DNA from: an uncultured Microthrixaceae bacterium
GTDB taxonomy: Bacteria > Actinomycetota > Acidimicrobiia > Acidimicrobiales > DATDAH01
Direction of reading: 5' to 3'
Length of the DNA: 64,000 nucleotides
Assembly: GCA_963701565.1 (NCBI GenBank)
Contig: CAVPAN010000007.1
Span: 25,362-89,361, forward strand
The notes beneath the pieces are model-generated. The model did not search any database and had not been told where the DNA came from. It saw nothing but the letters and a program-made list of their open reading frames with translations. Position numbers and translations under genes: made by a program. Numbering within the stretch: the first letter of the stretch is position 1; every line of letters starts with the position of its first letter. Below, one piece after another: positions 42,730-54,663 of this stretch.

Positions 42730-43667
42730 GTGAACGCCGAGCAGATCCGGTCCGGCCTGGGCCACCCGGTGATCGACGCCGACGGCCACCAGATCGAGTT
42801 CCTGCCGCTCGTGCGGGATCTGCTGGTCGAGGACGCGGGTCCCGAGGCGGCGACGGGCTTCGACCTGGTGCTCGGCGCCGGTGGCCTCGTGCGCGACCTC
42901 ACGCCCGCTCAGCGTCGTGACCTGGCGATCACCCGGCCGCCGTGGTGGGGCCTACCGGCCGCCAGCACCCTGGACCGGGCCACGGCCATGCTGCCGGGCC
43001 TCCTGCGGAGCCGCCTGGACGAGTTGGGCATCGATGTCGCCGTGCTCTACCCGACCTACGGGCTCATCCCGACGGCCCTCGACGACAAGGCCCTGCGCCC
43101 GGCGCTGGCCCGCGCCTTCAACCGCGCCACCGCGGAGGTCTACGCCGGCCACGGTGACCGCCTCCTGCCGGTCGCCGTGATCCCGACGTTCTCGCCGGAT
43201 GAGGCCGTCGACGAGTTGGACCACGCCGTCGGCGAACTGGGGCTGAAGGCGGTGGTCATGGGAGGGGTGATCCCGCGCTTCGTCGCGGGTGCCGAGGGCG
43301 TGCGCGGCGCGCGGTGGATCGACACGCTGGGCCACGACTCGGCCCATGACTACGACCCGCTCTGGCGCCGCTGTGTCGAGCTCGGGGTCACGCCCACCTT
43401 CCACGCCAGCGGGTTCGGGTGGGGGAGTCGGACGTCCACCACCAACTACGTCTACAACCACCTGGGCAACTTCGCGGCGGCCGGTGAGGCCACGTGCCGG
43501 TCGCTGGTCATGGGCGGAGTGATGCACCGGTTCCCCGAGGTCCGCTTCGCCTTCCTGGAAGGCGGCGCGGCGTGGGCGGCGGCGTTGCTGAGCGACCTGA
43601 TCAGTCATCTCGAGAAGCGGGGACCGGCCGGCATCGACCGCTACGACCCGGCCCGGCTGGACCGTGA
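42730..43667 (+). pseudogene. Amidohydrolase-2 family protein, apparently 3'-truncated
   Basis: The reading is VIDADGHQIEF...AVLYPTYG...GLKAVVMGG...VTPTFHASGFG...FAFLEGGAAWAAALLSDLISHLEKRG...RYDPARLDRE. Beyond about 43,667 the same ORF (42730..44553) is antisense to the DAGK gene. The usual C-terminal D-x-P-H strand is not seen. Confidence 0.55.
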
Positions 43668-44322
43668 GTACCCCGAGCTCGAGGACCCCGTCGTCGGGCG
43701 CCGCGTCCGGGAAGGCGGTCAGGCCGCCCAGCACGGTGCCGACGTTGCCCACCAGGACACAGCCGGCGTCACCCTCGAACCAGTCGGCCCCGTCGACCCG
43801 GATGGTCGCGCCGACCGGGTCGGCGGTGAGGTTGCGGGCGCCGGTCCAGAGGTAGGCGACCCGCCCAACGCGCCCCTTCAGGGACTTGTCGGCGTCCCGG
43901 ATCATCCGGGCGTCGAAGCCGGTGCCGGCCATGACGATGAAGCGCTCGCCGTTGACCACGCCCACGTCGAGCTTTCGCCGACGACCGTGCAGGCCGATGG
44001 CCACGGCCTCTTGGATGTCCTCGGGGATCCCGAGGCTGCCGGCGAGGAGGTTGGCTGTGCCGGCGGGGACGATGGCGATGGCAACGTCCGGGTCCCGCAG
44101 GGCGTCGACGCTGCGCTGCACCATGCCGTCACCGCCCCACACGAACACGAGGTCGGCGCCCTCGTCGACGGCCTCCTGCACCTTGTCGGGCGCCTTCTTG
44201 CTCTTGGGGACCTCGTACCAGAGGGGGGTGTCCACCCCTTCGTGGGCCAGGACGGCGCGAAGGCGGTCGAGGCCTCCGTCCAGAGTCTTGCCCGCGTGGG
44301 CGACGACGGCGACGGTGGTCAT
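43664..44322 (-). pseudogene. Diacylglycerol/lipid kinase (DAGK_cat, YegS/LCB5-like), apparently 3'-truncated
   Basis: ATG 44322 gives MTTVAVVAHAGKTL...DLVFVWGGDGMVQRSVDAL...AIVPAGTANLLAGSLGIP...FIVMAGTGFDARMI...VLVGNVGTVLGGLTAFPDAAPDDGVLELGVLT. The continuation is antisense to the amidohydrolase gene. Confidence 0.6.
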
Positions 44323-45068
44323 GATCGATCCTCCAGGGAATCGGGGGCCAAGGCCTGGGTGGCGACCAGGACGGCAGCCAGCGCGAGCACGCCGAGGAGT
44401 GCGCCGGCGAGGACGTCGGTGGTGAAGTGCATGCCCCGGTACACCCGGGAGAAGCCCACGCTGGCGGCGAACGCGACAGGGACGAGCAGGACGAGCGCTC
44501 GCCGCACGGTGGCGCGGATGACCGCGGCGAGGATCAGGGCCAGGGCGCCGTAGAGGACGATCGTGGCCGCGATGTGGCCGGACGGAAAGCTGAAGGTGCT
44601 GGGGGCCTCGCCGAGGGTGTCCACCGGCGGCCGCTCCCGCCGCACCAGGTGGTTGGTCGAGATGAACACGCCGGCCTCGAGCACCAGGCCCAGGACGACG
44701 ACCGCGACGGCTCGGCGCCGTTTCTGTCGCCAGAAGATGAGGGCCGCGAGGGCGGCGACGCCGACGATCGCCAGCGTGTCGGCGAAGTTCGACCAGAACA
44801 TGGCGAACCCGTCCCAGCCGGGGGAGCGGTGCCGGGCGAACCATCGGCTCACGTCGAGGTCCCAGGCCCGCACCGAGTCGAACGCGCCGACGTGGAGGAA
44901 CAGGAGGCCGAGAGCGGTGAACGCGATCGTCCCGACCAGGTAGGCCGCCACGACCGTCCCGAGCGCCGGTCGCCAGGGGGAGCGGTCGTCGTCGACGTCG
45001 CCTTCGGAGCTCAGGGCCCCGTCCGCGATCCACGTTGGGCTCGCCGTCACTGGCGTGTCTCCCTTCAC
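44319..45068 (-). CDS. PAP2-family phosphatase (membrane)
   Basis: This is an intact 249-aa ORF with the motifs VRRERPP, FPSGH and SRVYRGMHFTTD. Its stop overlaps the DAGK ATG (ATGA). Confidence 0.85.
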   Translation of the reverse strand: MKGDTPVTASPTWIADGALSSEGDVDDDRSPWRPALGTVVAAYLVGTIAFTALGLLFLHVGAFDSVRAWDLDVSRWFARHRSPGWDGFAMFWSNFADTLAIVGVAALAALIFWRQKRRRAVAVVVLGLVLEAGVFISTNHLVRRERPPVDTLGEAPSTFSFPSGHIAATIVLYGALALILAAVIRATVRRALVLLVPVAFAASVGFSRVYRGMHFTTDVLAGALLGVLALAAVLVATQALAPDSLEDRS

Positions 45069-45188
45069 TCACCGGATCGAACCGGAGGCTGTGCCGTTCT
45101 TGCTCCGGCCTCCTACCCCATCCAGCGCGGATCCCATCACCCGCCTGTGGGGGGAGTGGTCGGGCCCGTCGCGGGGTAGGCAGTCGGC

Positions 45189-46066
45189 ATGGTCATCGAG
45201 GCCCTCGTCCTGGGCGGCGGCGTGGTCGTCGGTGCGGCGACCTACCTCGCGGCCCGGTGGTGGCCCCAGGGCATCGAGGCCCCGGTCGTGCGTCCCGCCA
45301 CTATCGAGCATGAGGTGGAGCGTCATCCCGGGCTGGCCGGGGCCCTGGCCCGACGGATCAACCCCGCCGAGGTGACGGGGGTCGCCCTGACCGGCGCGCG
45401 TGACCGTGATTGCGGCGGGCGTGGTCGGCATCGGGCTCCTGTTGGCAATGGTCCACACCGACACCGGCCTCGCCCGCCTGGACTCGACCTTCGCCCGCTT
45501 CGGCGCGGAGCGGGCGACGGAGACGTCGACCGACTTCCTGCGGGCCACGAGCCTCCTCGGCGGCACGACGGGTGTGGAGCTGATCGCCGTCTTGGCCGGA
45601 ACGTCGAGCTGCGGCGGACCCGGACCTGGGCGGTGCCGGGTTCCTGGTGCGGGCCGTCGGCGGTCAGTTCGTCCTGTCCAATCTGATCAAGCTGTTCGTC
45701 GGCCGGGCCCGGCCCGACATCCTCCCCCTGACCGGGTTCTCCGGGGAGTCCTTCCCGTCAGGCCACGCCACGGCCGCGGCGGCCACCTTGATGGCGCTCG
45801 CCCTCTTGCTGGGACGACACGACTCGCCGACGACGAAGGCGGTACTCGCCGCCGCCGCCGCCGGTGTCGCCGGCGCCGTGGCCGCATCGCGGGTCCTCCT
45901 CGGCGTGCACTGGTTCACCGACGTCCTCGCCGGTCTCCTGCTCGGCTGGCTCTGGTTCTCTGTGTGCTCGATCGTGTTCGGCGGCCGGCTGCTGCACTTC
46001 GGGGCGCCGGTCGAGCAGGCTGAGGCGGTGGCCGAGCGGGCGGCGGACCGTCAGTCCATCCCGTAG
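45189..46066 (+). CDS. Second PAP2-family phosphatase (about 3 frameshifts)
   Basis: The C-terminal ORF 45647..46066 has KLFVGRARPD, FPSGHATAAA and SRVLLGVHWFTDV. The N-terminal TM parts lie in ORFs 45189..45686 and 45400..46023. Confidence 0.7.
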
Positions 46067-46137
46067 GCCCGCGCCGAGGTCACCGAGTTCGTGGCGTCAC
46101 CAGGCGTGGCCCACGTCTGCCCGGCGGGGCTCGGGCG

Positions 46138-46555
<418 letters not shown>

Positions 46556-46632
46556 CCCCCGTAGCCAACGCCGGCCCCGCCGCGTTGTTCCGAACGGCCG
46601 GGTCCGGTCCTGGGTGGGAGTAGGGGAGTGGA

Positions 46633-47973
46633 TCAGGGCCCGGTGTCGGGCGGGGTTCTTCGTTGGTGGTCGTCGATCGGGCCGGGGGGTGGGAGCCGGT
46701 GTTTGCTGTTGTGCTTCCAGCGGTTGTGGGGGCCGCACTTGGTGTCGGCATCGTCGACGTCGGTGGGTCCGCCGTCCTCCCATTCGGGGTGGTGGTCGGC
46801 CTGGAGGCGGGGGCCGGTGCGGTCACAGCCGTACGGGTGACAGCAGCGCCGGAAGCGGGAGCGAAGGGCGTCGGCCTGGGCCCTGGTGAAGAGGCGGCGT
46901 TCGCGGCCGTGGCGGAGGGGGACGCCGTCGGGGTCGTGGAGGAAGCCGCGGATGGTGCCGGTGAGCAGGGCCAACACGATGGTGTTGAGGCTGATGACGG
47001 TGCCGTCCTCCAGCTCGTGGAGGGAGTCGGGGCCGAGCTCGATGTCGTCGAGGGCCTCGTCCAGGTCGAAGTCGGGGTCCTGGAGCCCGTCGAAGAGGAC
47101 GTCGAGGATCTGCGCCAGGAGGTCGGTGTCGCCGTGCATGTTCATGACGAGACGGGACGGGCCGAGGTCGCCGTCGAAGGCCGCCGAGCGTCGGGCCATG
47201 AGCAGCATGGCGTCGTTGCGGCGTTGGGGGTTGTCCCGTTGGAGCTCGGCGGGCAGGGGGGTGCGGCCGAGGCGTTGGCGGGCCTCGGCGACATCGGCGG
47301 CGTAGAGGTGGTCCACGAGGCGCTGGAACTCCCCGTTCCAGAGAGTGAAGTCCAGCGGCGGCATCCAGGCGTCGACGGCGCCGCAGCCCTCGAAGGTGCG
47401 GGAGGCATGGGCCCAGCGGTCCCGGTAGTGCCGTTCTTCACGGTCCCGGGCGTCCCGGGGACGGTTGCGGTGGATGTAGTAGGTGACATACAGCTCGAAG
47501 TCACAGAACCGTCGGTCCACCGCGGCGGCGAGGAGCGTGGCCTCGTGCTCGCGGTAGGTGTCGTCGTCGGTGTGGCGGCGGGCCTTGTCCAGCACATCGA
47601 TGTGGCGGGCGGTGATCGTCCCCTTACGCAAAGCCTCTTCGGCAAGGGGGTGGTGGACGAGTCGTTTGGCCAGTCGGCGGCGCAGCGTGGACTCGTCGAT
47701 CTGTTCCCGGCAGTTGTGCCCGAACCAGCCGATCACCGAGGCATGGCCCTGGGCCCGCTGTTCGTGGGTGGCCTCGAAGGCGGTGATCGCCGCGGCGTCC
47801 AGGGCGGCGAGCTTGTTGCGCATCCGGCTGATCGCGACGAGCGTCTCGCCCTTGGTCTCACCCGGCAGGCCGTGGAAGTCCAGCTTGTTGGCCAGGTCGA
47901 TCTGGTGCTCGAGGTCCACCAGTTCGCTGGTCACGGCTGTCACCTCCTGGAATTCATCAGGAATTGAGTACAT
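46633..47973 (-). mobile_element. DUF222 / HNH endonuclease protein (13E12-repeat-type)
   Basis: This is an intact 446-aa ORF. It has the DUF222-like N-terminal region and the C-terminal HNH-like CCHPYGCDRTGPRLQADHHPEWEDGGPTDVDDADTKCGPHNRWKH. Confidence 0.7.
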
Positions 47974-48245
47974 GCGTACCCTAATCGGGGGGTGTGACAG
48001 TCAAAGCGGGCCGAGCCGGGTCATCGACAACGTCAAGCAGGGCCGCCCCTCCGACCCCGATGATCCCATCGATGGCCCGGCACCCCACAGAGGCGAAAGT
48101 CCCTGGGCGGGCGCAGTGACGCACCTTGGCCCCGGGCCTCCCTGGTGGGTCGTTCCCCGGTGTGGACCTGACCGGCTCTACCCAGCGCGCTCCCACACGC
48201 GCCCTCGTGTGGCGGGGAGGGGCGTTTCCCCTGGTCAGAGGGGTG

Positions 48246-48627
<382 letters not shown>

Positions 48628-48741
48628 CCACCCAGTGTGCCCGAACCAGTCGGCCCTCGGCGTTCTGGCGCCGATTTGTCACGCCAGGCGTGACAAATCG
48701 ACGCAATTTCGGAAGGGGAACGGCGACGTAGCCTCGGGCCG

Positions 48742-49390
48742 GTGGAGGAGTGGGAGGAGGTCGAGGCGGGGGAGACGACCTGGCGCTTCGAGACGTCGTT
48801 CCTCCGGTCCACCTGGACCTGCCTGTGGGGCAACGGCTGCCAGGGGATCCTGCCCGAGCCCGCCGAGGCGCTGAACCAGGGCTGCTGTTCGTTCGGCGCC
48901 AACCTGCAGGGCGACGAGGCAGCCACCGTCGCCACCCTGGCGCTGTTCCTCAGCCCGGAGCGCTTCCAGCACCATGCCGAGGCCGAGGCGAGCGGGGTGT
49001 TCAGCGACGACAGCCGGACCAACACCCGGGTCGTCGACGATGCCTGCATCTTCCTCAACCGGCCCGGCTTCGCGGGGGGTGAGGGCTGTGCGCTGCACCT
49101 GGCCGCACTGGCCGACGGGGACTCACCGCTCGACTGGAAGCCGTCGGTCTGCTGGCAGCTGCCGATCAAGGTGGACTGGGCCGATCGGGCGGGTGGGGGC
49201 GAGACGGCCACGGTCCACCGCTGGACCCGCGACGGACTGGGGTGAGATCGGGGACGAGATGGCCTGGTGCTGCACCGAGGGCGCGGAGGCCTACGTCGGC
49301 GACCGGCCGGTCATCGAGACCCTGGCCGAGGAGCTCGAGGAGGTCGTCGGCACCGAGGTGTTCGTGGAGCTGCGCCGCCGCCTCCGCTAG
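48742..49390 (+). CDS. Conserved Cys-rich hypothetical protein (one frameshift near 49,235)
   Basis: The reading is MEEWEEVEAGETTWRFETSFLRSTWTCLWGNGCQGI...QGCCSFGANL...DDACIFLNRPGFAGGEGCALH...PSVCWQLPI... / DDWGEIGDEMAWCCTEGAEAYVGDRPVIETLAEELEEVVG...*. No family name could be assigned confidently. Confidence 0.4.
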
Positions 49391-49484
49391 TGGGCGAGCG
49401 ACTGGGTCACCAGCACCGGGTCAGGCCGGTCCCCGATGGCATCGACGACGACCGCGGTGGTCTCGGCGAGACCCGCCGGATGGC

Positions 49485-50930
49485 TCAGAAGTCGAGGGCG
49501 GAGAGCTCGTCGTGCCAGCCGGAGGCTCGCGGTCACCGCGTCCGTCCAACGGTCCCGGTCGAAGGAACCGATCGGCTCATAGCGTTCGCCGGGCGACCAG
49601 AGAGCCCGGATCTCGTCGGTGTCGGTCCAGATGTCCACGGCCAGGCCGGCCAGGAAGGCGGCGCCGAGGGCGGTGGCCTCCCGCACCGGCGAGACCTCGA
49701 CGGGACGCTGGGTGGCGTCGGCCACCGCCTGGACGAAGGTCGGGTTCGCGGTCATGCCGCCGTCGACCCGCAGCACGTCGATGGGGAAGCCGCCGTCGGC
49801 CTCGGCGGACTCGACGAGGTCGTTGCCCGCCTGGGCCACCCCCTCCAGCACGGCCCGGACCACGTGGCGGGCTTCGGTGCCCCGGGTCAGGCCGAACAGG
49901 CCGCCCCGGGCGCCGTAGTCCCACTGCGGCGTGCCCAGGCCGAGCAGGGCGGGCACGTAGACGACGCCGTCGGTCGTCTCGCAGGAGGCGGCCAGGGCGT
50001 GCGAGTCGGCCACGTCGTCGATCAGGCCCAGGTCGTCCCGCAGCCACTCCACGTTGGTGCCGGCTGAGAGCATGATGGCCTCGAGCCCCCAGGTGATCGG
50101 TCCGCCGACGCCCCAGGCCACGATCGGGAAGGTGCCGCGCTCGCCCCGGGACGGGAAGATCGGTCGCTCGGTCCCGACGACCACGTCGAGCATCCCGCCG
50201 GTGCCGAAGGTGATCTTGGCATCGCCGGGCCGGGTGCAGCCCTGGCCCAGGAGCGACGCCTGCTGGTCACCGGCGATGCCGGCGATCGGCGGGGCGCCGT
50301 CGAGGGCGGTGGCCGGGGCGATGACCCCGGCGGAGTCGACCACCGTGGGCAGCACCGCCTCGGGGATGTGCAGGGCGGCGAGCAGCTTGGGGTCCCAGCG
50401 GAGGCCGTCGCCGGAGCGCAGGCCGGTGACCGCGGCGTTGCTCGGGTCGGTGACGTGGACCGCTCCTTCGGTCAGGTGCCAGGCGATCCAGGTGTCGACC
50501 GTGCCGAAGCGCAGGTCCCGGGACCGGTCGGGGTCGACCTGGTCGAGCAGGTGGCGCAGCTTGGTGGCCGACAGGTTGGGGGCCAGACGGATGCCCTCGG
50601 CCTGGAGCACGAGGCAGTCGCCGACCGTGCGCAGGTCCTGCCAGCCCAGCCCCGGGGCCACGGGCTCCCCGGTGGCCGGGTCCCAGACGATGGTGGAGGC
50701 CCGCTGGTTGGCGATGCCCACGGCGTCGACGGGGCCGGCCTCGGCCAGGGCCCGTCGGGCGCAGTCGAGGGCGGCGGTCGGCCAGCACCGTCGGCGTCGA
50801 ACTCGACCAGGCCGGCCATCGGCGAGTCGGGCAGGGTGGCGCACCGGTGCTCGACGGCGATCGAGCCGTCGGGGCGCACGACCACGGCGCGGACGCTGCT
50901 CGTGCCCACGTCGATGACCAGGATGCTCAT
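49485..50930 (-). CDS. glpK: FGGY-family carbohydrate kinase, glycerol-kinase-like (frameshifts near both ends)
   Basis: The reading is MSILVIDVGTSSVRAVVVRPDG... / ...AVGIANQRASTIVWD...RFGTVDTWIAWHLT...IAGIAGDQQASLLGQGC...KITFGTGGML...LRVDGGMTANPTFVQAVADATQRPV. The true stop is probably TGA at 49485-49487 (tail GWHDELSALDF*). Confidence 0.8.
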
Positions 50931-50951
50931 GTCGTCGCGAGTTCTAGCGCC

Positions 50952-51356
50952 TCAGGGGGTGGCGCGGGACCGCCGGGCCCGGAGCCCGTTGGCCACGATG
51001 CCGCCGACCGTGCCGATGGAGGCGGCCAGCAGGGCGGAGAAGACGATCGAGAGCCACGACAGGTCCTCGCCGGTGACCAGGTGGCGGACCACGCCGACGC
51101 CCTGGACCAGCACGTAGCCCAGCAGGGCGGCCGCGGCGCCGTGGGCCGAGGGGGCGTGGGGCTGGGCCCGGGCGGCGACCAGGCCCCCGACGAAGAAGGC
51201 CACCAGGATCCAGACGAAGAGGACGGGCACCCAGGAGGAGCCCGCCATCGTGTCGTCCTCGGAGAGCAGCAGCCCGATGACCGCCGGCGGCACGGCCAGC
51301 ACGATGGTGACCAGGGCGCCGGTCAGCACCGAGCGACGCTCGAGGCGGGGGAGCAT
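50952..51356 (-). CDS. Small multi-pass membrane protein
   Basis: ATG 51356 gives MLPRLERRSVLTGALVTIVLAVPPAVIGLLL... About 4 hydrophobic helices are present, and the gene sits between the oxidase and glpK on the same strand. Confidence 0.4.
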   Translation of the reverse strand: MLPRLERRSVLTGALVTIVLAVPPAVIGLLLSEDDTMAGSSWVPVLFVWILVAFFVGGLVAARAQPHAPSAHGAAAALLGYVLVQGVGVVRHLVTGEDLSWLSIVFSALLAASIGTVGGIVANGLRARRSRATP

Positions 51357-51378
51357 GGTGGCGGTCACGACGGTCGGC

Positions 51379-52894
51379 TCACCCGGGCCAGGCGACCTCA
51401 CCGAAGGGGCTGGGCAGGCCCAGCTTCCCCGGGTTGAGGATCCCCTTCGGGTCGAGGGCGGCCTTGAGGTCGACGAGGGTGTCGAAGGCATCGCCGAGCG
51501 CTTCGGCCATGAAGCGGGCCCGGTTCAGCCCGACGCCGTGGTGGTGGCTGAGGGCGCCGCCACCGGCGAGGACGGCCCGGGTGCCGGCGTCCCACGCATC
51601 CCGGTAGTAGGCGTCCTTGGCGGCCGGGGTCGGGTGCGGGCGCCCGGCGAAGGTGAAGTAGAGGCAGGCCCCGTCGGTGTAGGCGTGGGACTGGTGCGCG
51701 CTGACCGCCATCGTGGCCTCGACGGCGCCGATGGCGTCCAGCGTCGAGCGGTAGATGCGTCTCGAGGTCGGCCCAGCGGCCGGTGACCTCCATGGTGTCG
51801 ACCACGAAGTCCTTGGCGATCAGCGACTCCAGGGCGGCGACGTCGTTGCGGTGCTCCATCCAGCGGCCGACCAGGCCCTCGTCCAGGCCCTCGGCCCCGG
51901 CGCACTCGTCGGCCACGACGCTCATGGTCGCCGCCACCAGGGCGGGGTCGCCCTCGTCGAGGACGAGCAGCACGTGGCGCTCGCCGGTCTGGTAGCTGCG
52001 CTCGGCCTCGGTGGCGTCGTAGACCCGCAGGACGGCGGGCCGGGCCCCCCGCTGCAGGATCCGGCGGCAGGCCTCGTTGGCCGCGTCGAAGGAGTCGAAG
52101 CCGTACGCCGCCCGCTGCTCGGCCGCGGGCAGGGCGTGGATCCGCACGCGGGCACCGAGGATGACCCCGAGGGTGCCCTCGGAGCCGATGAAGACCTGGT
52201 TGAGGTCCGGGCCGACCGCGGCCCGGGGAGCGCCGCCGGTGTGGATGATCCGGCCGTCGGCCAGCGCCACGTCGAGGCCGACGGCCATGTCCTCGATCTT
52301 GCCGTAGCGGTTGGACAACTGGCCGGCGGACCGGCAGGCCAGCCAGCCGCCGACCGTCGACAGGGCGATCGACTGGGGCCAGTGGCCCATGGTCACCCCG
52401 TGCTCGGACCGCAGGGTGTCCTCGAGGCGGTCGCCGAAGGTCCCGGCGGCCACGTCGAGGACCATCGAGGTCGTGTCCACCGAACGGATGCCCGACAGGG
52501 CGCACAGGTCGAGCAGGACGCCGCCGTGGACGGGCACCGAGCCGCCGCAGACGCCGCTGCGGCCGGCGGCGGCGGTGACGGGCACGCCCGACTCGTGGCA
52601 GACGGCGAGCACCGCGGCGACCTCGGCATCGGTGCCGGGACGGGCGACGGCGGCGGGGCGGTGGCCGACCTGGCCGGCCAGGGCCCAGGTCATGGCCAGG
52701 GGCCACCAGTCGCGACCGGCCTCGGCCCGTTCGGCTTCGTCGATGCTGACCTCGGCGCACACCTCCCGGAGGCGGGCGAGCAGGGCGCCGTCGACCTCGA
52801 CGGTGGCGGACCCGAGCCGGTCCGTGGTGGCCGCCAGGTCGTCGCCGAGGGCTATCGGCGCGACCGGCTGCCCCGGGGGCACGGCGGTGGCCAT
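51379..52894 (-). CDS. FAD-linked oxidase (GlcD/AgpS-like), one frameshift near 51,750
   Basis: ORF 51398..52894 reads PAAVARPGTDAEVAAVLAVCHESGVPVTAAAGRSGVCGGSVP...NRYGKIEDMAVGLDVALADGRII...GPDLNQVFIGSEGTLGVI. The C-terminal piece, ORF 51379..51711, has HAYTDGACLYFTF...HHHGVGLNRARFM...DPKGILNPGKL. Confidence 0.7.
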
Positions 52895-54569
52895 CAGGAC
52901 GCAGGGACCGCGTCGTGCAGGCCGGCGGCCTCCAGTTCGGCGTCGACCGAGGCTCGGTACGCCTCGACCTGCTCTCGCCGCTGGTCCGCCGACCAGCCCA
53001 GCTCGTCGCCCACCAGGTCGGCGACGTCGGGGGCGGCGGCGACCGAGGCCTCAGCGTCGAGGAGGCGGGCCCGGGTGCGTCGGCTCAGGACGTCGTCGAG
53101 GGTGGCGGCCATCTCGTAGCGGGCGGCGTAGACGGCCTCGGCCCGCAGGTAGGGCAGGCCCTCCACCAGGGGTTGGGCCAGACCGGGGTGGGCCCCGACC
53201 ATGGCGAAGAGCACCGGGGACTCGCCGCCGTGCCGCCCGGCGAGGTGCTCGACCTGCTCCGGCGTGAGCCCGGCGACGGCGGTGGTGCGGGCCGACTCGT
53301 GGCCCTCGGCGCCGCGCAGGGCGAGCTTGCGGGTCCGGGTCCGGCGGGCGAGGCCCTTGGGCGCCGGCGTCGCCGAGGTGCTCCACGACCTCGTCGACGG
53401 TGTCGGCGGCCATCTCCCGGTAGGTGGTGAGCTTGCCACCGTTGATGGAGATGACGCCGGAGTCCCGGGCCGTCACCTTGTGCCTGCGGGACAGGTCGGC
53501 GGTGCGGGCGCTCTGGGCCGACTTCACGAGGGGGCGCAGCCCGGCCCAGGTGCCGGTGATGTCGGCCGGGGTGATCGTGCCTTCGATGGCCCCGTTGATG
53601 GCGCGCAGCAGGTACTCGACGTCGTCGCGGGTGCACAACGGCTGGTCGACGTCGCCCTCGTAGTCGGTGTCGGTGGTGCCGATGTAGGTCGAGCCGTCCC
53701 AGGCCACCACGAACACCGAGCGCTTGTCCTTGGGCACCGGGATGACGGCGGCGATGTCGTTCCGGACCAGGTCCCAGGGCACCGTGATGTGCACGCCCTT
53801 GGCCGGCCGGATGCTGTCGGGGTGGGTGCCCTCGTCGAGGGCCCGGATGTCGTCGGACCACACGCCGGTGGCGTTCACGATGGTGTGGCGCGGTGACCGT
53901 GATGCGGCGGCCGTCGGCCTCGACGGTGGCGCCGGTGACCCGACCGGCGTCGTCCTTGGTGATCCCGGTCAGCGAGGCCCGGTTGACCAGCACGGCCCCG
54001 TGGTCGAGCGCCGCCGTGCGGGCCACGGTGAGCACGAGGCGGGCGTCGTCGGCCTGGGCGTCGTAGTACAGGTAGGCCCCGGCCAGGCGGTCCCGGCGCA
54101 GCGTGGGCATGTGGGCCATCGCCTCGTCGGTCGTGAGGCGCTTGTGGAGCTTGCCGATGCGCAGGCCGCCGGTGACGTCGTACATCCACATCGCGGAGCC
54201 CAGGGCCCGGGCCAGGCGACGGTTGAGCAGGCCGTCCTTGCTGAAGATCGGGATGAGGAACGGCAGCACCTTCACCAGGTGGGGGGCCGTCTTCCGCAGG
54301 ATCTGGCGCTCCCGGAGGGCCTGGTAGACGAGCCGGATCTCGCCCTGCTGGAGGTAGCGCAGACCCCCGTGGATCAGCTTGGAGGACTTCGAGGAGGTGC
54401 CCGAGGCGAAGTCGTCCCGCTCGATCAGGGCGGTGCGCAGGCCCCGGGACGCGGCGTCCAGGGCCACGCCGACGCCGGTGATCCCGCCGCCGACCACCAG
54501 CACGTCGAAGGGGCCGTCGGCCAGGCGCTCCAGGCCCGCGGCGCGGTCGAACTCTCCCGGTCCGGTCAT
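52894..54569 (-). CDS. glpD: Glycerol-3-phosphate dehydrogenase (FAD-dependent), 2-3 frameshifts
   Basis: The reading is FDVLVVGGGITGVGVALDAASRGLRTALIERDDFASGTSSKSSKLIHGGLRYL... / ...ATGVWSDDIR...GVHITVP... / C-terminal ...AEAVYAARYEMAATLDDVLSRRTRARL. The stop overlaps the oxidase ATG. Confidence 0.85.
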
Positions 54570-54617
54570 GCGCCGGTCAGCCTAGGAGGGACGGGGCGCG
54601 GTCACTGGTCGCTTCTC

Positions 54618-54630
54618 GACAACGATTGTC
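54618..54630. promoter_or_regulatory. Palindrome upstream of the Fur-family gene (candidate operator)
   Basis: GACAA-CGA-TTGTC lies within TTCTCGACAACGATTGTCAACTAA, 34 nt upstream of the GTG at 54664. It is the only AT-enriched patch in this intergenic region. Confidence 0.3.
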
Positions 54631-54663
54631 AACTAACAGGAGGGGGCTGCTACGGTCGCCCCC

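Noticed and set aside
42730-44553. The 607-aa ORF as a single amidohydrolase fusion protein
   Set aside because: Only the first ~313 residues look like an amidohydrolase. The remainder is the antisense reading of the DAGK gene, whose own motifs are clear on the minus strand.
48085-48130. A plus-strand GAGGCGAAAGTCCCTGGGCGG as a second (inverted) RNase P-like fragment
   Set aside because: Only the short GAAAGTCC-type core matches. None of the other conserved RNase P blocks follow it. It is most likely chance similarity in GC-rich sequence.
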